Shown here: positions 26,231 through 38,195 of the stretch, in pieces
Layout of the letters: each line of letters opens with the position of its first letter
Position numbering within the stretch: position 1 is the stretch's first letter
Source: Octopus vulgaris
Taxonomy: Eukaryota
Direction: 5' to 3'
NCBI GenBank assembly: GCA_951406725.2
Contig: OX597815.1
Span: 41,416,001-41,480,000, forward strand
Length of the DNA stretch: 64,000 nucleotides
Notes under the pieces: generated by a model
Database searches by the model: none
Told to the model about the DNA's origin: nothing
Seen by the model: the letters and a program-made list of their open reading frames with translations, nothing else
Made by a program: the position numbers and the translations under genes

Positions 26231-28189
26231 TTATCAAGTAGTCCCTCCAACAAATTGCTCAACAGTTTCTCTCTATCCAATTTCATTTTCACTCACATAA
26301 CTCTGGTGAGTTCAAGTTGATGATAAAAGATGCTTGTCCAAGATACCATGCAATGGAATAATATTAGAAACCACATGCTTGCAGAGAAAATTTCTTAGCC
26401 ACATGATCATACAAATGTCTATCTATGGTAGTTTCCACAACATTGTTTTGATTCCAATTTAACTACCACATTTATACTTCTTAATATGACTTGATGCTGT
26501 ATCTGTTCAATAAGTCCTCACATACATATATATTTTTAGCAATTCTAATATTTCATATTTTACAATAGCATAACATAAAGATATTATGCTATTGTAAAAT
26601 ATTAAAATATTGAAAATGGATTGTCCACTTGCTTAAGATGTAAATTTGTCTCTTCCTTTCTACACTTCTTTCAAATTTTCTTTTTTTTTTTGTTCTCTCT
26701 CTCTCTCTCACTCATCTCTTACTATTTCTCCCCTCCCATAACCCACTCTCACTATTTCTTTCCCCACTGCCCCATTTTTGTATCTTCACTATTTTTTCCC
26801 TGCCCCTCCATGCTTCACTTTTGTTATTTTTCTTTTCCACTCTCTTTGCTCTCACTATTTCATTTCTCACACTCACCATTTCATATTTTTCTTTATTTTG
26901 TATTTTTTCTCCCTCTCTCTCTCTCTCATTTTGAAATTATGTTGACAACTTAGTTGATTTACATTTCTACATTATAGTAATCAATGGTAGACCTTTATGA
27001 TACATAAGGATTAATCAAAGAAAAAGACCATTTAAAAGTTATCTTCTCCATGAATAGCTATTTTTTTTTTTTTTGCTACAGAGTATCTTAGAAAGCTTAA
27101 TGGAAGAGTTTGATAATTTCAGTTGACATGAGGAATGAAGAATCTGTTTTGCTTCCCTGCACTCTGTACAAGAGTGAAGATAGAGATGGTGGTATTATAA
27201 CTTTGGTTTCTAAGCAAATATATGTTTACAACCAAAGTGACGCCACCATTTAAAAGCAATTGACGTTATCAACAGTTTCCTATATAATAATTTTTGACTT
27301 CATGAGAATTTAGAAATGTGAAATAATTCTTTTTGGGAAGAGCAAATCCCAAAGCTAATAAAGCTATAGATAATAGCCTGTAAATATTGCTGAAAACAAA
27401 GTCATAGGCTGTCCATGTGATGACAGACATTCTGCCATTGGGCCAAAGCAATCCTTCAAGTTTCTCTTTCCTGTTTAGAAACTTTATTCTTACCAGCAAG
27501 AATTGTATGTCATTGATGTCATAAGAATTTTTATACATTTTGAGAGAAAGTGAAATATTTTTTTTTTTTTTTTGTGAAGTGGCAAATCTCGAAGCAATTA
27601 AACGTCCATCATTTCTAAAAAGAAATATTTATAATTTTGTTTATTATTTCATTGTAAGAGAGCTTGAAGAAAATTGGACTGATTAGTTTATTCTATTAAT
27701 TATGATTCTGAATAAATTAGGAGCTAATCCAAACTTACGATTCAAAGCAAACACATTTGTAAATATTGTAGAAAGCTATCTCCCTGTTTTATTATTTTTA
27801 TCTTTCTTTGTCTTACTCTGTGTGTCTGTCTGTCTATCTCTTTTAGCATGTCGCTATGTTTTTTTTTTTATTCTGCTGTTTGCCTTCACTGCATGTTTGT
27901 GTCATACATATGAGTAGACTGTCCTAGTGTTTTCTCTGGCTCTCTTCCAACTTTAAGTCTGTGTTTCTCTCATAGGTACACACAACAGCTATATGTATAT
28001 CTACTTCTCTATATCAGCTCGCCTTCGTATATATCTTTCTGTTTCTCTACCTCTTAAACAGAATTGAGCTAAGGGAAATAATTCAAATAAGCCAATGGTA
28101 TTGATTAAAGATAAATCAAGGTGTTGACATACTGAACTATGAATGTGAAAAATTTGTAATGATTTGGAATTCCTATTTTGGTTATCTTG

Positions 28190-28620
28190 TTTTAGCCATT
28201 AAATTGTGACCATACTGGTGCACTACCTTGAAGGTTTTGGTTAAACTAATTTACCACCAGTACATATTAAGTCTGGTACTTATCTTATTAGTCTCTTCTG
28301 CCAAACTGTTATGGGGATGTAAACAAACCAACGCTGGTTTTCAGGCAGTGGGGGATACAACACACATATTCATATTTCCCCATGTTGATTATTACACTAT
28401 TTCACAGAGTTTAAACAAACCACAACATAACCCTTTACATATATGCACACACACACGATGGGCTTCCACGCAATTTCTGTCTACTGAATTCATTCACAAG
28501 GCATTGGGTAGCTCAGAGCTATATTAGAAGATACTTACCCAAGGTGCTATACAGTGGGACTGAACCTGAAATCATGTGATTCAAAGCAAGCTTCCTATCT
28601 AGACAGCCCATGCCTGCAGT
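28190..28620 (-). mobile_element. SINE family D
   Basis: acgatgggcttcc...agaagatacttacccaaggtgctatacagtgggactgaacc is the reverse complement of the family D head. Confidence 0.75.
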
Positions 28621-28670
28621 TAGAAAAAGAAATAAAAATCTAGCAGCAATTGTCAGTGACTTGCATGTGC

Positions 28671-28709
<39 letters not shown>

Positions 28710-29230
28710 TGCAAGAAATTAAGAATTAGTTTTTAGAAATGTAATTCTCATTCTCATGCCTAAGGGAAAATCTGATCTTCAACAGTGACAGACATATTTC
28801 TTATTGGACCTTGTGTACAGTATAGTCAGCATAAGCCTGCTTGATCAATAGACCAGTTTTTACATATACAGGCATATCGCCACTTAAATCATTTCAGGTT
28901 ATGTCTTTTTCAACTTTACATAATTTTTTTTTAAAGCAATTAATGGGAAAAATAAACCTCAACCTTACTCAATTTATCTGACTTTACATTGATCTCAGCA
29001 AATATATTTATTTAAAACATTAACATTTAAAAAAACACCTAAAAACCAACTCTGAAATGGAAAATGAAATAAGAGACCTGTAAAAAATATGTTCACACTG
29101 TTTATTAAAACAGATATACGCTAATAAATTTTTTTTAATATTTTTTCATGTCGCATTACTTCTCAAGTTAGGCTGTTTGTCTTGGTACCAATTGCCAACA
29201 TATGTTGAGGCATGCCTGTATTTTGTTTAA

Positions 29231-29451
29231 CCCTTTTGTTACCAACCCGGCTGAAACCGGCTCTGGCTCTTTAGCATAAATGTCTTGTTTTCATAAGTTT
29301 TGAATTCAAATCTTCCACCAAATCTTAATCACAATTTATGTTCCTAACACTAGCTCAATGATAACGATGTTATTTTACTAAATTCTTTATTATATTTAAA
29401 ATAATTAGAAGAAACACAGAGCATCTCAAAATAAAAACAGTAATGAAAGGG
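29231..29451. mobile_element. piggyBac-type MITE, second family, 221 bp
   Basis: TTAA|CCCTTTTGTTAC...GTAATGAAAGGG|TTAA. Confidence 0.85.
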
Positions 29452-29455
29452 TTAA

Positions 29456-29675
29456 CCCTTTAGCATTCAGATTTCTCTGTCAAATGTAATGCTTATTTAT
29501 TCTCACTGTTTTGAATTAATCATGCATTATCTCATAGTTTAAAGATTTTGATGATGTGAATGTTTATTTGTAGAATGACATTGTAAGGTAGGCATGAGAT
29601 GCCAAATTTAGCCATTTTGAACACAAAACAGGTAGAATATTTGGGCCAGATATGGTTGGTTTAAATGCTAAAGAG
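29456..29675 (+). mobile_element. piggyBac-type MITE sharing a TTAA with the preceding MITE
   Basis: TTAA|CCCTTTAGCATT...AATGCTAAAGAG|TTAA. Confidence 0.9.
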
Positions 29676-29864
29676 TTAATAAATATTATGCAAGTTATTT
29701 GCTGACAATGTCTTTCTAACATTTTTTTTTTCTTTGTAAAAACTCATGCGGACTATGATCTGCTGATGAAACTCTAATTATACTTGAACCTGCCTCTTGC
29801 TGTTATTTCTTTCTGTTATTAACTTCTGCTAGCAAATATTGAATACACCCTTAAATATGAAGTG

Positions 29865-30110
29865 GAGACATGTAGCTTAGTGATTAGGGTATTGGAATCA
29901 TAATTGTAAGATTGTGGTTTCGATTCCTGAACAAGGTAACATGTTGTGTTCTTGAGCAAAACACTTCGTATCACATGGCCCCAGTCCACTCAGCTGGCAA
30001 AAGTGAGAAAGCCTGTGAAGGACTGGTGTCCTATCCAGTGGAGAAATATATGCACCATGGAAATCAGGAAACTAGCCCTATGAGTCTGTATGACTCAGGA
30101 AGGCTCTTTG
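29865..30110 (+). mobile_element. tRNA-derived SINE (A/C-related)
   Basis: tagcttagtgattaggg head, gttcttgagcaaaacact core, cctgtgaaggactggtgtcctatccag tail. Confidence 0.7.
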
Positions 30111-30519
30111 TCCCATCTTTAAATATGGAAAATTAATTTTTTTTTTTATTAATTTCTTAATCATCTCTTCTTTTTCTTTTGTGAGTTGCAAACAATTATT
30201 GTTTTACTTTTCTTTGCATAAGTAAGTGGCAATTTTTAACTAAATTTTTGCATACACCAATCAGTACATCAACTCTTTGATTTCTCTGATGCTTAGTGTT
30301 ACACATACTGTTGTTTACTTTTTAGCAGTAGATAACTTCAACCAAATTTCTGGATTTACTTTAATTTACTGTTAAATTTTTATAGTTAGCTTTATATTTT
30401 CTTTTCACAACATAGTTTACTAATTCAATTGCATCTTCCTGATATGTCATATCAGAACTGTCATACTGAAATGTTGTACAGGGAAAATACTATATTTTTT
30501 TTTATATCTGAATTTATAG

Positions 30520-31320
30520 ACACTATGCTGGGGCACTGCCTTGAAGAGTTTGATCAAATTGAACACAAGATAGTTATATATAAGCCTGGTGCTTATTCTA
30601 TCATCCTCTTTTTATTGAACCATTTACAGGGGCATAAACAAACCAACACCAGTTATCAAATTGTGGCAAGGGCAAACTCAGACATATGCACACATATGTA
30701 TGACAGGCTTCTTTATAGTTTCTGTTTACTAAATTCACTTACAAGGCATTGGTTGGTCCAGAGCTGTAGAAGACACTTGCCTGGGGTGCCATGCAATGGG
30801 ACTGAACCTAAAGCCATATGGGTGCAAAGAGAGCTTCTTAACCACACAACCATGCTTTCACCTAAGTAAATAAAAATAAATCCTTTCATATAGATAACAG
30901 TAATTATTACTGCCCATTAGCCATGAATATTATAAAATTCATCTTAAGCCTTTTGTTGGCATATTTCTGTTGAAATACACTATTTTTGTTTCAATAAAGT
31001 TTTAAAATGCAGAGTTTAGTAAAATAGCTCTGGACTGACCAAATTCTTGAGTGGATTTGGCAGATGGAAACTGTGTAGAATCCCATTGTGTGTGTGTGTG
31101 TGTGTGTGTGTATGTCTGCATGTGTGTCCCTTTACTGCTTTAGAATTGGTGTTGGTTTGTTTATGTCCTTGTAATTTAGTTGTTCAGCAAAAAGAAATTG
31201 ATAGAATAAATACTAGGCTTAAAAAAATATTACTATGGTTGATTTGTTTGGTTAAACCCTTCAAGTCAGTGCCCCAGCATAGCAGCAAACCCTATGAGTG
31301 AAACAAATAAAAGATAAGAG
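30520..31320. mobile_element. Two divergently oriented family D SINE remnants (30520-30860 minus, 31030-31320 plus)
   Basis: Shared motifs agaagacacttgcc, gagtggatttggcagatggaaactg and aacccttcaag...gccccagcat. Confidence 0.65.
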
Positions 31321-32256
31321 ATATTCCTTTGGAGGGAAAAGATATTGTATTCTTCCTGTCTTAGTTGGAAAACTAACTTTAGAGGACTTCATTAAGTTGC
31401 TGCTAAGGTCACTGGTAATTCATAATTTTACATCCATTTTTTCCATGTTATCATGGGTTGGGTATTTCTCAGTATCTCCACTACCCACTGTGGTCCTTTG
31501 ATTTCTAGCACAAACCAACCAACCTTGTTGTATAGGTCATGTTATTTTTTGTCATAGTTTTTACAAATGAACATCCTTCTTATCAACAAGTGCTTTACAG
31601 TGTACTGGGTGCATTTTATCATCATACTGTCTGCACTAAAATGTCCACAACAGGACTAAAAGCCCTTTCTACACTTCCTTTCTCCCATAGTTTTTTTGCT
31701 GTTGCTTTTGATTCTTCCTTAGGAAAATACAAAAAAAAACAAATACTTCAAAGCTCTAAATACAAAAAAAAAACATTGTTTGATTTGAATAATGGGATTT
31801 AAGGTCTAAGTCATTATAAGTTTGTAAAACTTAGCAACTAATGTTTGATTATACAGGAAATCAATCTGAAATAAGTTCTTTTAGTTGCTTATATGATGAG
31901 ATATGGTTTCAATTATCATTGCTGTCATCATCATAATTGCTATTACTTTCACCATCACCAGTGTTTTCACTGTTTCGTTATTACCACCATCTCCGTCCCC
32001 ATTATCAGCACCACACCACCACTACTGTTTCCATCCTGACTGTATTAATATCTATTTTTTTCCTCTCCACAAAGCTGTAAGGATTGTATAGGTCTTCAAT
32101 TTAGCATGTGTCTATAAGTATTAACTGTATTCTGTCTTGACAGTGGCAAAAATGTAACCAAAGGGAAAAAGAATTTAGGCCAAATTCTAGAACCAAGGGC
32201 ATGTTGCAATTTCTTACTCATGTCAAAAACTATACTCTATCCATTTTATCAATAGA

Positions 32257-32569
32257 CTAGCAGTATCGCCCGGCATTGCTTGGGTTTTAGAATTGGAATT
32301 TTTGAAAAGTAAAAATTTTGCATTATGTAGCTTGTTATTCTCTTTAAGTGAACATTTTTCTGGTGGAAATACACCTAAAAAGGGCAACACAGCAGTCAAA
32401 AAATCGTAAAAAATAGGGATTTTCATAGAAAAAAACGCACCTTTTTGATGTAAATAATTGTTGGTGTTAACATGGTCTGATTTGAATTTTTTCTTCTAAG
32501 GAAGGAAGAGCAAGCCTTCTTCTATCATACTCTCATACACAGACAACTTCAGCTTTATATAGAGAGAGA
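32257..32569 (-). mobile_element. Non-autonomous Helitron with intact termini
   Basis: Minus strand A|TCTCTCTCTATATAAAGC...CCCAAGCAATGCCGGG-cgatactg-CTAG|T: 5' TC, subterminal hairpin, 3' CTAG, AT insertion site, no TSD. Confidence 0.88.
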
Positions 32570-32703
32570 TAAAGATTATGTTATTATAATTATTGCGTGT
32601 GTGTGTGAAGCCTTCTTCTATCATACTCTCATACACAGACAACTTCAGCTTTATATAGAGAGAGATAAAGATTATGTTATTATAATTATTGCGTGTGTGT
32701 GTG
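32512..32703. repeat. Exact 96-bp tandem duplication
   Basis: 32512-32607 equals 32608-32703 (aagccttcttctatc...gcgtgtgtgtgtg). Confidence 0.95.
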
Positions 32704-33261
32704 TAATAAATACTGAAATGTAGATATCTATAGATATATCTTTAGATGGATAGATATTTCCACCTTCTGCAAATGTTACATGCTTAGTAATAAACGAAGC
32801 ATACTTCACTGTATGCTACTAAAGCACTTAAAAAAAAACCCATAAGATATATGAAATTTTTCCTTTTAGGAGTTCAGTTGTTGAAGTGTTGGTGGTACCA
32901 AGAGGACTAATATAATTTTGGATCAGAAATTAGTTATTTTCATCAAAAGACTCTGCTAAGCTCATTAGCTGTGGGTATTCCATTGTGGAGTTTCCAAGTA
33001 ATGGTGTCTCAACCTTTCTTTTAATTTCTATATTCAAATCTTTCATTGTTAGCAAATGTAATTATCTTTGAAGATAATTTTTATTTTGGTGCCATGAGGG
33101 TTCGATACTTCCTCTCCTATCATGGTCATAACTCATTGCAAGCAGTAAAAGTGTGTGTGTGGGGGTGTGCATATCCTCATCATTTTACTTCTGTTTTCTA
33201 TAATGAAATGAGGTGGACTTTTTTCATCATATTCTAAATAATTCTTATTCAATATTATTGC

Positions 33262-33290
33262 CTCTCTCTCTCTCTCTCTCTCTCTTTCTT

Positions 33291-33321
<31 letters not shown>

Positions 33322-33336
33322 TTCTTTCTCTCTCTT

Positions 33337-33367
<31 letters not shown>

Positions 33368-33458
33368 TTCTTTCTCTCTCTCTCTTTCTCTCTCTCTTTC
33401 TCCCTCTCTTTCTCCCTCTCTCTTTCTCACTCTCTCTCTCTTTCTTTCTCTTGCTCTC
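33262..33458. repeat. (CT)n/(CTTT) polypyrimidine microsatellite
   Basis: Direct inspection. Confidence 0.95.
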
Positions 33459-34093
33459 TTGCCAGGCTTCTTTCAGTTTCTGTCTATCAAATCCACTCAA
33501 GGCTCTGGTCAACCCAGGGCTACAGTAGAAAGCATTTCCTCAAGATGCTGTTCAGTGAAACGGAAACGAACATCTTTACAGTGTGTACTGGGTGCATTTT
33601 ATTGTGGCACTAGCACCAGAGAGGTTGTCATGCTCTCTATAAAATATATAAACTGTTTACTTTTACTGAAATAAAAGTAGTTGAACATATGTGAGTTATA
33701 TCTAACAAATCTAATTTTAAAACTACATGTCTAAAAAGAAATGATGCTGATTTATATTTTATTCATATCTACATATTTTATATGATGTTCAATGGCACAT
33801 TCATAACTTGAATGTTGCCTGTTTGTTTTTATAGGATTTTCAAAAGTGTTAATATCTCTTTACAAAAAACTTAATAAATAGGCTTGTTGATTTATTTCTT
33901 GCTAACCCAGCATTTTTTAATTTATTTCATTGCATAACTTGTGCATTTATTGGTTTGATTAAAATTATTGGAGTCTCTGCATTGGTAATATTTTGTCCTG
34001 TATACCTTTCGTTATTGAAAATCCCCTGTTTTTAAGCAGAAAATGTAAATAGTATCCATACTGTTAGAATTCTTACTATACAATAGGAATGAA

Positions 34094-34240
34094 TCATCGT
34101 CATCATCATCATCATCGTTTAACATATGCTTTCCATGCTAGCATGGGTTGGACGATTTGACTGAGGTCTGGCAAACCAGATGGCTGCACCAGACTCCAAT
34201 CTGATCTGGCAGAGTTTCTACAGCTGGATGCCCTTCCTAT
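34094..34240 (-). mobile_element. Short RTE 3' end
   Basis: (atc)n then gtttaacatatgctttccatgctagcatgggttggacg...ggatgcccttcct. Confidence 0.85.
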
Positions 34241-35189
34241 AAAACTCTAAACTGCAAAGATGTCTGTAGAAAAAACCTAAGAAAATTAAAATTTCCTACT
34301 TATTTTTAATTTACTCCATAAGCAGGCGTTGAAATAAGCTAACTTTTGCAATCAACATGCAAGGAAAATTACAGTTTCTCCTTTATGAGTCACAGAATGA
34401 CAGAATAATTTCATTGACACTCCAGTGTATTCATGACAATAATTCTAAGATTTTTGTAAACAAAACTGGTAGCTCTCACTTCTAGTGCCACTGTAAAGTA
34501 GTCATTGTAAGAGTACCTTATTCATCATTTAACGTCTGTTTTCCATGCTAGCATGGGTTGGATGGCTTGACAAGAGTTGGTAAGGCCAAGGGCCACACCA
34601 GATTCCAGATTCTGTTATACAATTTTGAATGATTGGTTCAGAAAGGGAAATCATTCTGAAAAGCTTAGCTTTCTTTGAGTAAATATAGACAAGAAATCAT
34701 TTCAACCTTCTCATGAAAATTATTCTTCATATGTTAAGAGTTAAATCTTCACATATGTGGATTAGGGCCACAAGAATGTTTTCATCAGAAAATAGTTCTT
34801 GGTGTTATAATGGCTAAAGATTTGTTGATCATTTGAGTTGGCACATCTGGAATTGATAATAAATTTGAAGTTTTGTGTTTAGAAGTATAAAATGAACTGA
34901 TAATGAGTAATTTTTGGGTGTTACATTGATTCCTTTTTTTGACATAGAATTTAAGTTTTTCACAATGTTTCAACTCTTAATCTTACTGCCTTTTAAATTT
35001 AAAAAAAAAAATTCAGTTATTTCTTTGAATTTAGGGAAGAACATATCTTAATGGTTTAGAATTTTGAAATCTTGGAAGAGATAAGCTCCTGCTTCAATTT
35101 GGTTAACAAAATTAGCAAAAATGTTTTAAAAAAAAGATGTAAATTTGAACAATCATCTGTGAAATTTAGGAATAAGGCTTTTCAGAATA

Positions 35190-35304
35190 TGCTTCTTAAC
35201 CACATAGTTCAGTGCCACTGCATGGAACTTTAGGCAAGTGTCTTCTACTATAGCCTCAAGCTAACAAAGTGGATTTGGTAGACAGAAACTGAAAGAAGTC
35301 CATC

Positions 35305-35370
<66 letters not shown>

Positions 35371-35562
35371 AAGTGAGTATGTGTGTGTCTTTGTGTTTGT
35401 CAGTGTTGGTGTGCTTATGTACCTGTAACTTAGCAGTTCGGCAAAAGAGGGTGATAAAATAAGTACTCAGCTTTAAAAAATGGGATTGATTCATTTGATT
35501 AAAACCCTTCAAGGCAGTGCTTCAGCATGGCCACAGTCAAATGACTGGAACAAGTAAAAGAA
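35190..35562 (+). mobile_element. SINE family D with internal (TG)n(TA)n
   Basis: ggcaagtgtcttctactatagcctc...ggtagacagaaactgaaagaag...cagcatggccacagtcaaatgactgg. Confidence 0.85.
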
Positions 35563-35917
35563 TAATGCCACATGTATCCCAATTTCAGAATAAATATACT
35601 GACTCTGCACAGAATAAGGAACTAAATCAGTTAGCAACAGAAAAGTCATCTGGCTTTGAAAGAAAATGATGGATCTTGGCATGAATATTGGTTGATAAAT
35701 AGTTGAAATTGAAGACATTTTTTTATTGCTTTACTCTTATAAAAACTAGGTTAGTTATTTGGATTTTACTTTTTTTAATTCCGGGTCTTATACCATATCT
35801 TTATATAATATACTTTTGAGTTGGTTTCTGATCTCATATTTGATTATTTGGATTATTTGAAACATATATCTTGATATTTGTATATGAAATGAAACCTCAG
35901 CAGAGCTTATATAACTC

Positions 35918-36279
35918 TTACCAGCAGCAGTGTCAATGTGTTATGATTTACTTTTGAATAAGAGTATAACTAAGCAAAGAAGAAAAAAAAAGAAAATGGT
36001 AATATTTGATTTTAGTAGAGAATACAAAGACATCTTAAGAGTTATATGTCTTCTTGTCTTGTCTTGAGACAGCATTCACCCGGGGTGGGATGAATGAAAC
36101 CAGCTCAACCCACCCCGGATGAATGTTGTCTCAAGACAAGACAAGAAGACATATAACTCTTAAGATGACTTTGTATTCTCTACTAAAATCAAAATTAACA
36201 TTTTCTTTTTTTTTTTCTTCTTTGCTTAGTTATACTCTTCAAAAGTAAAATCATAACACGTTGATACTGTTGCCAGTAA
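35918..36279. repeat. Long foldback inverted repeat, ~170-bp arms, 19-nt loop
   Basis: 35918-36089 is the near-perfect reverse complement of 36109-36279; closing stem CCGGGGTGGG / CCCACCCCGG. Confidence 0.95.
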
Positions 36280-38020
36280 AAACAAACACAGATGTTGACT
36301 GACTTTGTTGAACTCCAAGGTAAAAGCTAGTGTAACAACTAATAGTTTGCAAATGAAGTTTCGATTTGTTGTGATATTTTCAAATTTTAAACTTCTGCAA
36401 CTTTTATACATTGCTTCAACTATGAAAATCAAATAATTGCCATTCACAAAGAATATGAATAACTTCTGATGTTTGAAAAAATTTGTAATTTGCTTTTAGA
36501 TTAAACAAAATTGAAGAAATCACCAAATTGCAAATATATGAAATTGCTGCTGCTAAATAAAAATTAGTTTTCTATTAAATTACTTGTAGGGACACCATAT
36601 TTTGTTATGCAACCATAGTATACTACAATAGTGTTAAACTGTTATATTTAGTAACTATTTAAGCAATGAGTTTGTAGATGGTTAATGAGGTTGGATGTGG
36701 TGCTGAAGATAGGGCAAGAACTCCTAAAATATGTATATACACCAATTACTTATTGTCCCATCTTCAATCACATTGTTTACATTAGGTGTATTTGTATATG
36801 AAACAAATCAATGCTGGCTACAATTTCTATAGAAAATCTGAAGAGATAAGTTTAAAAAGTTATTAGTTTTCTAATATTTCTTCATAAAAGATATGGTACT
36901 AGTAATACCATGAACTGTAGTATTTTCCACTGAACATCAGTTCAATATTTTATAAATTCTATTTATTGTAAGATATTACAAGCTTTTATCTACATCAAAC
37001 TATAAATTTTATATTCACTCTACTATAATACATGGTATTTATATTTATGTTTGTACTGTATTTCCCGTTTCCAGCATCCTCAAGACCATTCAACACTTCA
37101 TTTTGATGAGACAGTAAACTTTTTCTGATTAGCCTGTTGTATAATTCCTTTGCTTCCTCAGCAATTATTATTTGGCCTTTCTTCTTGAATTACAGATACT
37201 CTCTTTTGTTCCATCTATCTCTTTACATCCTATGCTTCTACACCTGACTGTAAATGATGGTTCTTTTTCTCTAAAATTGCTTTTCTCTAAACTTTTGGAA
37301 ATTATTGATTTGTCTTCATCATTGTGTTCATTTTGAACACTCTCTGCACTTTTTGATCTAGATTTTTTCTTAACACACACACACACACATATCTTGTGTG
37401 ATTTACACATACTTTCCAAGTAATTTTTTTTCTTGATATATTTAATTTATTATTAATCTGTAGCCATATTGTCTACTAGTCACTATCTTTCAAACATATA
37501 GTAAAGTACCTAAGAACACTGTATTATCTTCTACTTTGAAATTTAGTGGCAACCTAACAACATTTGTAAAAAATATCTTCATCTTGGCTCTCAACTTCCA
37601 GACTTCAATAATACATGCTATTTATTACTACATTTTTTTTTATCTATATATCTCTTTTTTGTCTATCTACTAGCATAAATGTAGACACTTCAGTCAATTT
37701 AATTTGAAACAGATGGATAATGTTAATAATAATAATAATTTTGTGGGAAAACAACTTGCTTTGATATTGGTATAACAGAAGCAATTTTATATAGAAAGGT
37801 TTTTTTTCTAATTTTGCAAATCAATGTTTATTGGTATCAGTTACCTTTTGATATACTTCACACTACGTGACATTGATATGCACAAATGTGTATTTGTGTG
37901 TGTATATTTATACAACAGGCTTCCATCCAGTTTATGTTTAGTAAATTTCATGAAAGTTACATTTTGTAAATTCATGAAGCATTGTTCAACCTGAGGCTTG
38001 TGTAGAAGACACTTGCTCAA

Positions 38021-38195
38021 AGTGGCGAGCTGGCAGAAGTTCAAATTCTGCCGAGGTCGACTTTGCCTTTCATCCTTTAGGGGTCGATAAATTAAGTACC
38101 AGTTATGCACTGGGGTCGATGTAATCAACTTAATCCGTTTGTCTGTCCTTGTTTGTTCCCTCTGTGTGAAGCCCCTTGTGGGCAGTAAAGAAATA
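38021..38195 (+). mobile_element. SINE family M nested in a minus-strand family D SINE
   Basis: 17-bp TSD agaagacacttgctcaa at 38004-38020 and 38196-38212. Confidence 0.92.

Noticed and set aside
33213-33674. SL- and RE-repeat ORFs
   Set aside because: Translation of the (CT)n microsatellite.
37168-37419. K/S/E-rich minus-strand ORF
   Set aside because: Starts within a (TG)n repeat, has no recognisable motif and no convincing splice sites.
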